Below are positions 1-9,750 of a DNA stretch of 64,000 bases, in pieces (the stretch's first letter is position 1; each line of letters starts with the position of its first letter). The position numbers and the translations under genes were made by a program. The notes below the pieces were generated by a model that was given only the letters and a program-made list of their open reading frames with translations, was not told the DNA's origin and ran no database searches. The stretch comes from Candidatus Akkermansia intestinigallinarum (lineage in GTDB: Bacteria > Verrucomicrobiota > Verrucomicrobiia > Verrucomicrobiales > Akkermansiaceae): contig DXFQ01000013.1 of NCBI GenBank assembly GCA_019114365.1, forward strand, positions 5,642 to 69,641, read 5' to 3'.

Positions 1-843
1 GGCGGCATAGGTCTTGCACCAGGACGACACCAGCTCGGGGGCGACGTAGGCGTAGCCCAGGACATTCTTGTCGATGCACTTGTCGGTATCGCTGAGCTTG
101 TCGGTCGCCAGCACGGATTTGTCCGCCGAGGCCGGCACCTTGATGTCCGCGGCATCCTGAGCCAGAGCAATGACGAAGGCGTTCCCGCGCACGCCGCCCA
201 CGACGTTCAGCTTGCGGCCCTGATAGACGGCGCGAAGGGACTCGGGTATGTCTTGGCTTTTATCCGATGCGAAGGCCATATCACAATCCACGCATATACC
301 CGTCAGCCCGGCAACCTGAACGGCGGAAATCCCCCGGCCCCCCTCTTCGGCGGCCTCCTTGCAGGCCTCCGTGAATTGCTCGTGGATTTGGCTGATTTCA
401 GAAGGTGATGCCGTGATGACGAGGTAGCCGGGGGTGATCTTTTGACCGGCGGTTTCCTTGGCGACTTCGATCACCGCTTTCTCGATGGCGCTTCCGTAGG
501 GATCGACATTGAGAGCCGCCGAGACGGCGAGGAGATACTTCATGGAGATTTCCATACTGCCGGTCGTGGCGCCGAAGGCCACGCTGGCCGGTCCCTCGGT
601 GCCCAGATCACGGGCCCAGCCCGTGGTGACGTCGTTGACACCGGTGGAGAAGAGGAAAGTGACATCCTGAGGCATGAGGGCGAGCGCGGGCAAGGCTGCG
701 GCTCGCTGAGCCACCGAAGCCTTGGGTGCGGCAGGCGCCTGCACGGCGGCCATGGTGTCGACAAGAGGAGTAGCGGCACCTTGCTGCGCGTAAATCGGAG
801 CGACGGTAGCCGCAAGGGCGATCAAAGATGAACTGAGTTTCAT
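1..843 (-). CDS. Secreted hypothetical protein, paralog family member 1 (3' end runs off the window)
   Basis: Not in the ORF track because it is truncated by the window edge. My translation from ATG at 843 gives MKLSSSLIALAATVAPIYAQQ... (signal peptide) ...AQRAAALPALALMP...KSVLATDK...YVAPEL, colinear with the 1086-3035 and 3166-5013 proteins. Confidence 0.8.
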   Translation of the reverse strand, partial: MKLSSSLIALAATVAPIYAQQGAATPLVDTMAAVQAPAAPKASVAQRAAALPALALMPQDVTFLFSTGVNDVTTGWARDLGTEGPASVAFGATTGSMEISMKYLLAVSAALNVDPYGSAIEKAVIEVAKETAGQKITPGYLVITASPSEISQIHEQFTEACKEAAEEGGRGISAVQVAGLTGICVDCDMAFASDKSQDIPESLRAVYQGRKLNVVGGVRGNAFVIALAQDAADIKVPASADKSVLATDKLSDTDKCIDKNVLGYAYVAPELVSSWCKTYAA

Positions 844-970
844 AACGTCGTTATTTTACCGAAAGGAGCGCCCATGTAAAGCGCAAAATCTGTCAGTTCG
901 TCTCCGCGGTAAAAAACGGTGTTTCGGACGCAAGGAGGCCCGCTTGCAGGCAAAGACCCTCTGCTGATTC

Positions 971-1011
971 GCCGGGATTTTTCCGCACGTGCCGTGCGGA
1001 AAAATCCCGGC
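971..1011. repeat. Perfect 19-bp inverted repeat (hairpin) between paralog genes
   Basis: gccgggatttttccgcacg-tgc-cgtgcggaaaaatcccggc, downstream of the 1086-3035 gene; possible terminator or mRNA-stabilising hairpin. Confidence 0.8.
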
Positions 1012-1085
1012 TCTGCGTGTCGCAAGCCGGGATTCCTATGCCCGAGGCGGGCGGTGCGGGGAAAAGACGAGGGCGTCGGCGATTC

Positions 1086-3035
1086 TCAGGGTGCCGGCTT
1101 CACAATCAGGTGGAGCCTGAAGTAGCCCTCGGAGATATCGAGAGCTCCCGAGATGCTCTCCGTGTCGCATGGCTGCGGTTCCGGAAGCGCTGCGCTTGCG
1201 TCGGTCTCCGTCTGCAACAGCGGCGCGTCCGCCTCCGCGGCGTTTGCGTTTTCGTCGATGAGCTCATCACTGCGTCCGTCTACGGTCTCGATGGCGTAGA
1301 AGGCCGGCTCGCAGGCATTGAGCGAATCGGTGATTCGACCGATGATGCGGCCGATGGCCGCCGGGCGGAAGCAGAAGACCGCTCCGGCGAAGTCGACGGC
1401 GGGGGCATCGGCCTGCGCTGCGCCTTGCGGTGTCTCTCGGTGGCTGCGGAAGGCCAGAAGCTTGTCGCTCACGCTGAGGGTGGGTACGAAGCCGCCCGGC
1501 AGGGGGGACTCCAGGCTCCGTTCTCCCGGCTCGAGCAGGCGAGCGAGAGAGCAAGCGACGGAATCCGCGCCGAGGGCTGCCCCTGTGCGCTTGGCTGCGT
1601 CATCGAAAAGCCGGGCGCCGGCCGTCAGCGCGTCGTGACGGCTCAGGTCGGCGCAGATGTTGAGCGCGAACGGGCTTTCCGGGTGCTCGGCCAGCAACAG
1701 AGCGGCGCTGCCGCTGAAGCCCGAGCGCATCGTCGCCAGTGCCTGAATCATGTCCGTCAGGGCGGGGCGCAGCTTGTCGAAGCGGCTTGAATCACGCGCT
1801 TGTTCCGCCTCGTCCTGCGTGCCCTGTGCTGCGAGGAAGAGGTCGATAAGCTCTTCTCCCGTGGCCGTCAACTCGGCAGCGGAGGGCAGAAAGGGCAGCG
1901 TCAGCGGAGCGGATTCGACGTAGAGGGCGGTCTCGGGCCGCCCTGCGGCCGAAGTCAAGCGCAGGGGGGCGGGCGCAAAGCTGCTTCCGCAGGCATCCGA
2001 GCGCAGGTCGATATGCCAATCGCCGCTTTGCTCCTGCTGACTGCCGTCTCTCCAGACGGCGACGGTGAGAGGCTTCTCGGCATGGGTCATGGGGTATGCG
2101 ACGCGCATCAACTGCGCCGACAGTTTGTCGGCGCACTGTTTGAAACGCTTGGCGGCTTCGCTGTCACCGCGCCACGAGGAATGCACGATGGCGTCGATCA
2201 GAGCGTCGAAGTTCCTGCGCTGCGCGTCGCCGAGCAGGCCTCCGTAGTTGCGGAGAAAGGCGGGGGAGACGGCGGCGATGTACTGCGGGTTCCCCTGGCG
2301 GGCACGATCCGCAAGGTCGGCGGCCGAGTCTGCCAGCACGGATTCCTCGGGCGTTTCGGCGAGGCGGATTTCACCGGGATCGGAGCAGAGTATGATGATG
2401 CTGCTGTTGCCTTGTCTTCGGAGGAGGAGATAGGCCACGTCACTCGCCTCTCCCGAGTCTCGGTCGCCGCGGGCGTAGGCGGCGGGGCTGTTGGGTTTGC
2501 ACAATTTGGCGAGATTGAGGCGCAGGCCTGACATGTCGGCCACGTGAACGGGGCTGCAGATTTCCGGGAGCAGCAGGCTGCCGTGCTCCAGCAGCCGGCG
2601 CAGGTCGTTTTCATACTTCCCGGCTTCTTCGTCGGGAAGGGTAACGACGATATAACATGGTTTGATATACAGCTTGGTCGAGGCGCTCGACGGCCAAAGA
2701 TCGCCCGCCTCCGCCCTGACGGCGGCGATCACGCGGGCGAGCGTTTCGAGGTTTTCGTGCGGGATGCTCAGCGCGATGCTGCCTTCGGTCGAGCCGAGGA
2801 CATACCGAGGCAGGGCTCCGGTGGCCGAGGCCAGAAGCAGACCGTCCTGCGGCGGAATGAAAGCTGCTGCCGGAAAGGTCTCGGCTCTTTGAGCCGGCGT
2901 CATCGCCCGGGGCTGTGGCGCCTGCAGGGCGGCGACGGCGGAGGCGATTGGCGCTTCCTTGCCTCCGTCGGCCATGAGGGGCCCGGCAAGGGCCGTGAGG
3001 AGGGCGAGGGGCAGCAGAGTATGGCGAAGTTTCAT
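1086..3035 (-). CDS. Secreted hypothetical protein, paralog family member 2 (possibly DUF3352-like)
   Basis: 649 aa with signal peptide MKLRHTLLPLALLTALAGPLMA; shares P.Y.V, W.DG, DACG.SF and LYVES motifs with its paralogs. Confidence 0.8.
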   Translation of the reverse strand: MKLRHTLLPLALLTALAGPLMADGGKEAPIASAVAALQAPQPRAMTPAQRAETFPAAAFIPPQDGLLLASATGALPRYVLGSTEGSIALSIPHENLETLARVIAAVRAEAGDLWPSSASTKLYIKPCYIVVTLPDEEAGKYENDLRRLLEHGSLLLPEICSPVHVADMSGLRLNLAKLCKPNSPAAYARGDRDSGEASDVAYLLLRRQGNSSIIILCSDPGEIRLAETPEESVLADSAADLADRARQGNPQYIAAVSPAFLRNYGGLLGDAQRRNFDALIDAIVHSSWRGDSEAAKRFKQCADKLSAQLMRVAYPMTHAEKPLTVAVWRDGSQQEQSGDWHIDLRSDACGSSFAPAPLRLTSAAGRPETALYVESAPLTLPFLPSAAELTATGEELIDLFLAAQGTQDEAEQARDSSRFDKLRPALTDMIQALATMRSGFSGSAALLLAEHPESPFALNICADLSRHDALTAGARLFDDAAKRTGAALGADSVACSLARLLEPGERSLESPLPGGFVPTLSVSDKLLAFRSHRETPQGAAQADAPAVDFAGAVFCFRPAAIGRIIGRITDSLNACEPAFYAIETVDGRSDELIDENANAAEADAPLLQTETDASAALPEPQPCDTESISGALDISEGYFRLHLIVKPAP

Positions 3036-3165
3036 ATCCCCCTTATTGTAGCTGTTTTTCCCTTGCTGTAAAGCATCGAACGCCGCCGCGGCGTCCGCAT
3101 GACGCGCAGCTCCGCATTCCCGAGTCGGTGCGGAGCTGCGCGCGGAAGGTGAACAGCGCAGAGGC

Positions 3166-5013
3166 TCAGCGTTTTATGCATGCGTCGAGGCGCAGCTTGA
3201 TGGAGCCGTCCTTGATGCGCAGTGCTGCCGTGACATCGCCCAAGACGCGACATACCCGGCGCCAGTCGGAGACGGCGCGCGGATCACAGGCTCCGGATTG
3301 TATCATCGCGTCCAGGAGCGCATCGGGGTTGAAGCGGAAAAGCGCTCCCGAGAACGAGACGGGGGAGGTCGGATTGGGGGCCATCCGCGCGTTGAGTTCG
3401 CGGTTGCTGCCGATCACAAGCTGAGCATCGCCGACGAGAACTTGGGGCGAAAGCCCTTCCGGCATGGCCATTGGCAGTTGCAGCGTGTATGCGGTTGTCC
3501 CTGCGGCTCCCGAGCCGGAGGTGAAGGGCAAGACCTTTAGGATGTCGGGGTTGATGTCGGTTGTGACGCTCAGCCCCTTGCCGACGGCATGCAGCATCTG
3601 CTGCCATCCTTCCGTCAGGGCTTTTTTGTCGGCAACCCCGAGGCGGAGAGCCCCGGCGGCGCCGAGCTTCGGCTCCGTCGTTACGACGATCGCGCCGTTG
3701 CCGCGAAGTCCGTCCCCCAGCTTGCCGAGCGCGCGAATCCCCTCGCTGATGCAGGGACGCAGCGAGAGGTACTCTTCAAGCTCGCTCCCTCGGGTATGCG
3801 CCAGCAGGAGGGCGTCGGCGATCTCTGCGGCTTCCGCAAGGCTCGGCAGGCTCTGAAGCTTCATGCCGGTCGTTTCGGCGTAGACGATTGTCCGGGGCTC
3901 CACGCTGCTCGACAAACTCATCAGGGGCCTTTCGGCGGCCGACAGGCCGCCTGCGTCGCCCTGCATCTGCACGTGCAGGTTGCCGTCGAACCAGCATGCG
4001 GCCGTGAAGGCTTTGTCACTTGCAACAGCCGGGGCAAGGAGATTCAGGCCGATTTCGACGAGTCGTTCGTAGGGGGCTTGAACCGAGGGCTTGGCCAGCT
4101 CCCGAAGTTGCGATTGGCCGTGGCGCAGAACGGCGGTGAGGGAAGCGGCCGTTTCGCGCAGGACTTCGGGGGACATGTACAGGAAGGTGCCGAACTCGGC
4201 ACCGAGACTCTCGGCGGAAAGCGCCACTTTGTCCGTGCCGAGCAGCGAATCTTCCGCTCGCGTCGACACCTCGATGTCTGCCGGATCATTGGCCAAGGCG
4301 ATGAGGAGCTTGCCGTCGACGATGCTGCGGATCAGGTAGAGGGAGTCTTTGTAGCCGACGGCTCGCATGAAGTCCGCCGCAGAGACCTTGTCGGCGGGCG
4401 GAAGCTTGGTGAGATCGAGGCGAATCACGCTGATATCGCTGTTGCCTTCTCGGGTGATGAGATCCGGGGAGAATTCGCGGCGGGCGTCGTTGATCATGCG
4501 TTCGACTTGGGCATCGAAGAGTCGGGCGAGTTTTTCGAGATCCGCCGGGTTGCCTGCAAAGACGATGTAGACGGGCTGCAACTTCTGCGGGGCGATTTCC
4601 CTCAGCCGGCTGAGAACTCCGGCGGCTCGCGCTTGCCCTCGGGGGAGGCGATCCATCTCGGCGATGGCCGCAGCTTGTAGCGCGGTGGTGAGCACTTTGG
4701 CATTGGAGCCGCGAGTGCCGATGGCCAGACTGAGGGGCTGCCCGGAGAAGCCGCTGTCGATCAGCTTCTGATCCGCATGCGCCAGCTTCGCAAGGGCAAA
4801 CAAATCATTCACGGCCAAGAAGCAATCGGTTTCCGGAACCAGCAGAGACAAGGCCGGGCAGTTGCGCTCCGACTCTGCCGCCGCAAGGGGCGGGCAGGGG
4901 ACTTCAACGGCGGCGATGGTGCCGGCGAACTGAAGCCGGCTCGGTGCGTTGGGCTGAGCCATGAGCGGCGTCGCCAGTGCAGCCAAGGAAAACAAGAGGG
5001 AGGATGTCTTCAT
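3166..5013 (-). CDS. Secreted hypothetical protein, paralog family member 3
   Basis: 615 aa with signal peptide MKTSSLLFSLAALATPLMA; motifs PVYIV, WFDG, VYAET, SPQVLV, GSNRELN, FSGALF.F. Confidence 0.8.
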   Translation of the reverse strand: MKTSSLLFSLAALATPLMAQPNAPSRLQFAGTIAAVEVPCPPLAAAESERNCPALSLLVPETDCFLAVNDLFALAKLAHADQKLIDSGFSGQPLSLAIGTRGSNAKVLTTALQAAAIAEMDRLPRGQARAAGVLSRLREIAPQKLQPVYIVFAGNPADLEKLARLFDAQVERMINDARREFSPDLITREGNSDISVIRLDLTKLPPADKVSAADFMRAVGYKDSLYLIRSIVDGKLLIALANDPADIEVSTRAEDSLLGTDKVALSAESLGAEFGTFLYMSPEVLRETAASLTAVLRHGQSQLRELAKPSVQAPYERLVEIGLNLLAPAVASDKAFTAACWFDGNLHVQMQGDAGGLSAAERPLMSLSSSVEPRTIVYAETTGMKLQSLPSLAEAAEIADALLLAHTRGSELEEYLSLRPCISEGIRALGKLGDGLRGNGAIVVTTEPKLGAAGALRLGVADKKALTEGWQQMLHAVGKGLSVTTDINPDILKVLPFTSGSGAAGTTAYTLQLPMAMPEGLSPQVLVGDAQLVIGSNRELNARMAPNPTSPVSFSGALFRFNPDALLDAMIQSGACDPRAVSDWRRVCRVLGDVTAALRIKDGSIKLRLDACIKR

Positions 5014-5145
5014 AACAGTATCATTTTAGCCGATTTGCCGTTGCCGTCAAGAGAGATGTTTATTCTCTGGAATTGCTGCGAGCACGGCTTATCGCCGCGC
5101 ATTTTCGCGACTTGACATTCGCCGACGGGGCGGGTAGCCTAGGGC

Positions 5146-6207
5146 ATGGTGACGACGGTTGATTTGCCCGAAGATGATGCAACGGAGCCTCTGTCCGGCG
5201 ACGCAGAAGCCTGGCTGGCGGCTGCTTGCGAGGATGCCGAGCGAGCTGCTCGCCTGCTGGCTGCGGCGCGCGCCGGAGAGCTCGAGGCTCAGGCGGAATG
5301 GGGCGCCTGTCTTGTCTCGGCTCAGGCCGGGGCATCCTCTCCCCGCAGGGGCGCGGCTTGGCTGCGGAGAGCTGCCGGGCGCGGGCATGCGCGGGCTCAG
5401 TACAATTTAGCTGTCTGTTATGATGAGGGGCGCGGCGTTCCGCGCCATGCGGCGAAGGCTCATCACTGGTATCGTGCGGCCGCGATGCAGGGGGTGCCCG
5501 AGGCTCAGTATTGCCTCGGCTACGCTTTGCTCGACGGGAGGGGGTGCGGGCGCGATGTCCTTGAGGCGCTGCGTTGGCTGCTCGAGGCCGCAAAACAGGG
5601 GGTGCATGAGGCGCAGTACCTGCTGGCTGATGCACTTTTGCACGGTTTGGGAACCGGCGATGCCGAGGCGGATGCGTCGGAGGGGATGCGCTGGCTGCGC
5701 GAATCGGCCAAGGGCGGCTACGCGCCCGCCCAACTTGAACTGGGACTTTGCTACAGCAAGGGCAACGGGGTGGAGAAGGATGCCGCCGAGGCTGCGGCGC
5801 TCTTTCGCCGCGCGGCAGAGCAGGGGCTTGCTCAGGCTCAGTACAACCTCGGCGTCTGCTTCGACCGGGGCGAGGGTGTTCCCGTCGATCCGGATGAGGC
5901 GGCGCATTGGTACCGCCGGGCTGCCGACGACGGGCTGGCTCAGGCCGCCTACAATCTGGCGCTCAGCTACGATGCCGGAGAAGCCTGCGCCTACACGCCC
6001 TACGACGCGCTTCTGTATCTCAGGCAGGCCGCGGATGCGGCGCACCCGGCGGCAGCGTTCCAACTGGCTTGCCTCTACCTGACCGGGCAGCCGCACCTGC
6101 CTGCCGACCTAGCTAAGGCCTTGCACTATCTCGATGTGGCCGCAAGGGGCGGACATGCCGACGCTGCCGCTCTTCTCGCGAAGCTCACCAAGGCCCCCGA
6201 GCTTTGA
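5146..6207 (+). CDS. Sel1-like repeat (SLR) protein
   Basis: About 8 repeats of AQYNLG.CY..G.GV..D...A..WYR.AA..G. Confidence 0.9.
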   Translation: MVTTVDLPEDDATEPLSGDAEAWLAAACEDAERAARLLAAARAGELEAQAEWGACLVSAQAGASSPRRGAAWLRRAAGRGHARAQYNLAVCYDEGRGVPRHAAKAHHWYRAAAMQGVPEAQYCLGYALLDGRGCGRDVLEALRWLLEAAKQGVHEAQYLLADALLHGLGTGDAEADASEGMRWLRESAKGGYAPAQLELGLCYSKGNGVEKDAAEAAALFRRAAEQGLAQAQYNLGVCFDRGEGVPVDPDEAAHWYRRAADDGLAQAAYNLALSYDAGEACAYTPYDALLYLRQAADAAHPAAAFQLACLYLTGQPHLPADLAKALHYLDVAARGGHADAAALLAKLTKAPEL

Positions 6208-6397
6208 GCCCGACGCGATGCCGGCGCTGTCGGGCTCTTGCGAACTCCGTCGGCACCGTCGGCCGAAGATCCGCCCGCAGGCTTTGTTCGCGGGCTCGGT
6301 CGGCCAACTCAGTCAGCCTGCGTCGACGCCATAAAGCAGGCGGCCCGCCGGACCGCCTGCTTTGTGATGAAGATGAGCCGAGGCGGAGTTGCCGCCG

Positions 6398-9300
6398 TCA
6401 GCGGAAATTCCAAGGCCGCGGCTTGGCGCCGTTTTTCTCGAGAATCTGGCGGATTTCTGCCTTGCGCGTCTGCTCGTTCGGCCCGTGGTAGCGCTCGCAG
6501 GCTATCGTCCATGCGGAAGCGCCGTTGAGGGCTCTTGCGTGCGGGTTGGCTCCGGCCTTCAGAAAGTTATTCAACAGGAATATGTTGCCCGTCATCGCCG
6601 CGTACATCAGCGGCGTATAGCCGTTGCGATCGCGCCTGTTGATGGGGGCTCCGGCGGCTACGAGCTGCGCCGCAATGTCGCTGCGCCCCTGAAAAGCCGC
6701 GTGGTGCAGCGGCGTGAAGCCCGTCTTGTCGACGGCGCTGACCTTGGCTCCGGCCGACAGCAGCAGGCGGACGGCGCCCGGTTTCGAGGAGAGCGTGGCG
6801 TACATCAGGGGCGTGCGACCATTCACATCGCCCAGATTCGGATCAGCCCCGCCGTCCAGAAGAGCCCGAACCGCCTCTTCACTCTTGCCCGTGCAGGCGA
6901 GAATGAGCGACGTTTGCCCCGAATCGGCGCAGAGCTCCGTCCGTGCGCCGCATCGGAGGAGTTCGCGAATGACGTCCGCATACCCCCTGAAGGAAGCCTG
7001 CATCAGAGCCGTCATCCCCTCGCCGTCGCGGGCGTTCACCTCGGCCCCGGCCGCAAGCAGCGCCTTGACGGAGTCGATGTTGCCTCCGGCTGCCGCCGTC
7101 ATCAGGGCGCTGTGTCCCTGATAATCCGTCTCATTGGCATTGGCGCCCTTCGTCAGCAGCTGCCGCACCATATCGCCCGAGGTCGCCACCGCTGCGTAGA
7201 GCAGGGGAGTCATGCCGTCGTGGTCGCGTTGCGTCAGGCTGCACCCTTCGGCCACGAGCAGCGCGGCGCCTTCGGTGTTCCCCTCGGCAAGAGCCTTCAT
7301 CAGCGCCGTCGTCCCTCGGCTGTCGCCGCTGTCGAGCGAGATGGGGGAACTCGCGTTGTTCGTCTCGCGCCGGAAGCGCAGCATTTCGCGCAGCTCGCTG
7401 ACGCACTTCGGGTTGGAGGCCGCAGCCATCAGAGGCGTGTTGCCCTGATTATCGGGCTGGGAAATCGTCTCTGCCGTACCGGTCGCTTCCAGAAGCAGGC
7501 GGGCGCTGGCCGAGGCATCGTGCGCCGTATACGGCCGCATGCGGTCGGGGCCGAAGCCGAACTCCCACTCCTCCGTCGAGACTTGGCAGAGCAGGTTGGG
7601 CATATCGGGGAACACCGGCTTGGTGCAGAGGCGGTGCAGCGCCGTGCGGCCGAGGTAGTCGTGGTCGTGGACATCGGCGCCGTGCTTCAGCAGCATCTCG
7701 ATCAACTCCGGCGAATGTGCCTGAGCCGCGAGCATCAGCGGCGTGGCGCCCGACATATCGCGGAGCTTCAAGTCGGCCCCGCTCTCCAGCAGCACGGCGG
7801 CGGCATCGCGGTGTCCGGCGCGCAGAGCCAGCATGAGCGGCGTCTGGCGAATCGTCGTCATCACGTCGATGTTATCCTGACCCATTGACTTGAGAATGAG
7901 CCTGATGCACTCCGGGTCGCCGCCCATCGCCGCAAAGTGCAGAGCCGTGCGACCCGAGCCGTCGGGAACGCCCACTTTGGCGCCGGCCTCCTGCAGCAGG
8001 CGCACACACTCCGCGTTGCCGCAGGCCGCAGCCATCATCAGCGCCGAGCAGCAGTCCGTCTTGACGGTGTTGGGGTCGGCGCCCGCGTCGAGAAGGCGCT
8101 TCACCAGGCCGGGATTGCCGTGCCCGGCCGCGAGCATCAGCGCGTCCATCCCGTCGATGTCCTTGACCTTGACATCCGCCCCTCGCTCCAGCAGCAGCTC
8201 GGCACTGCGGCGTATGTCCGTCGCTCGCAGCTCGCTGACATCGTCCAAGGAGACGGCGCCCTGATTGAACACCTCCGGCGTTTCCAGAGCCGTGCTGTAG
8301 AACATGGAGAGGAACTGCGAGGAGAGCATGACCATCAGCGGCGTGCGCCCGCGGGCGTCGCGCGCATTGATGTCTGCCCCGCGGTCGAGCAACTTCGCGA
8401 TGAGATCTTCGTTGGCCACCAGCGCCGCGTTGTGCAGGGCGGTCTGCCCGTTGAGCGAACAGGCGTCTATTTTGGCTCCGGCCTTGAGAAGGAAGTCGAT
8501 GGTCTCAGGCGAGTTGCAGCCTGCGGCGTAGACGAGAGCCGTCGCTCCGTCGTTGGCCTCGGCATTGGGATCCGCCCCGGCTGAGAGAAGCTCGGCGATA
8601 ACGCCGACGTAGCCGCTGCGGGCAGCGTCCATGAGCGGCGTGACGCCCAGAGAGCTGCGCACATTGATGTCCGCCCCCGCTCCGATGAGCAACTCAACGA
8701 CCTCGGCCAAGGCCGGGCCTGCGGAGGCGGAATCGCTTTCGCCGCCCGATACGGCATGTTGCAGAGCCGTGCGCCCCGCTGCATTCACGGCATGCACATC
8801 AGCACCTTCCGCCAGCAGATAGGCCACCATTTCGCGCTGCCCGCCCTGAGAGGCCAACATCAATAAATTGCTGCCGGCATGGTCGACCTCATCGGCTTTG
8901 GCACCGTGGGCGCGCAGCAATTTGAGGGCTTCGATATCACCGTAGGTGGCGGCCAGAAGCTGGGCCGTCGCGCCGCTGAGGTATTCGCGCGGGGCGACGG
9001 AGGCTCCGGCGTCGAGCAGCATGGCGACAATCTCGGGATAGCCGCTCTCCACGGCGCACATCAGCGCGGTGATGCCGTTTTCGTCCTGCTCGTCGAGACG
9101 GGCTCCGGCGTCGATCAACGCCCGCGTCAGGCGCAGGTCGCCCGCTACGGCCGCTTCCATCAGCGGCGTATTGCCCGTGTGATCCGCCAGACTCGGGTCG
9201 GCGCCCGCGTCGAGCAGAGCGAGAGCCATTTCCCGATAGCCCTCGTGAGCCGTTATCAGCAGCGCCGTCGCGCCCGAGTAATCGCGCGCGTTGAGCTCAG

Positions 9301-9607
9301 CCTTCGCCTCAAGGAGCAGGGGAAGAGAGAGCTCCGCCTGCTCGGAGGCGGCGCGCAACAGAGCCGTGTAGCCCTCCGGATCCCTTGCCTCAAGGGGAAT
9401 CCCGCCCTTGATCAGCGCGGCCACGCGCCCGGTATCGTCATCGGTGAGAGCATCGACCAGCGCGGCGATCGTGATTTCTTCCGGTGATAGGACCTCAGGC
9501 GTCGCTTCGGCGGCGGGGGGCTGCTGGGCGGGTGTCGCTTCGGCCGCGGGGGGCTGCTGGGCGTAGGCCGCTCCCGTCAGCGCGATGGCGATGAGGAGGC
9601 TGCGCAT
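6398..9607 (-). CDS. Large secreted ankyrin-repeat protein
   Basis: More than 20 G.TPLM.AA..G....V..LL..GAD repeats. Probable start MRSLLIAIALTGAAYA (signal peptide) at 9607, followed by a duplicated QQPPAAEATP. Confidence 0.9.
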   Translation of the reverse strand: MRSLLIAIALTGAAYAQQPPAAEATPAQQPPAAEATPEVLSPEEITIAALVDALTDDDTGRVAALIKGGIPLEARDPEGYTALLRAASEQAELSLPLLLEAKAELNARDYSGATALLITAHEGYREMALALLDAGADPSLADHTGNTPLMEAAVAGDLRLTRALIDAGARLDEQDENGITALMCAVESGYPEIVAMLLDAGASVAPREYLSGATAQLLAATYGDIEALKLLRAHGAKADEVDHAGSNLLMLASQGGQREMVAYLLAEGADVHAVNAAGRTALQHAVSGGESDSASAGPALAEVVELLIGAGADINVRSSLGVTPLMDAARSGYVGVIAELLSAGADPNAEANDGATALVYAAGCNSPETIDFLLKAGAKIDACSLNGQTALHNAALVANEDLIAKLLDRGADINARDARGRTPLMVMLSSQFLSMFYSTALETPEVFNQGAVSLDDVSELRATDIRRSAELLLERGADVKVKDIDGMDALMLAAGHGNPGLVKRLLDAGADPNTVKTDCCSALMMAAACGNAECVRLLQEAGAKVGVPDGSGRTALHFAAMGGDPECIRLILKSMGQDNIDVMTTIRQTPLMLALRAGHRDAAAVLLESGADLKLRDMSGATPLMLAAQAHSPELIEMLLKHGADVHDHDYLGRTALHRLCTKPVFPDMPNLLCQVSTEEWEFGFGPDRMRPYTAHDASASARLLLEATGTAETISQPDNQGNTPLMAAASNPKCVSELREMLRFRRETNNASSPISLDSGDSRGTTALMKALAEGNTEGAALLVAEGCSLTQRDHDGMTPLLYAAVATSGDMVRQLLTKGANANETDYQGHSALMTAAAGGNIDSVKALLAAGAEVNARDGEGMTALMQASFRGYADVIRELLRCGARTELCADSGQTSLILACTGKSEEAVRALLDGGADPNLGDVNGRTPLMYATLSSKPGAVRLLLSAGAKVSAVDKTGFTPLHHAAFQGRSDIAAQLVAAGAPINRRDRNGYTPLMYAAMTGNIFLLNNFLKAGANPHARALNGASAWTIACERYHGPNEQTRKAEIRQILEKNGAKPRPWNFR

Positions 9608-9750
9608 GGAGAAGGTCGAGGGTCGGCGCGTGCGGGCCGCAGGTCGGTTCGGCGAGAGGGGGGAAGGCATGTTCAAGTCGTGTTTTGTGATGAATTTACC
9701 TTATCTTTTTTTCATGTCAACCCGATTGCACGGCATGAACAACCGAAGGG

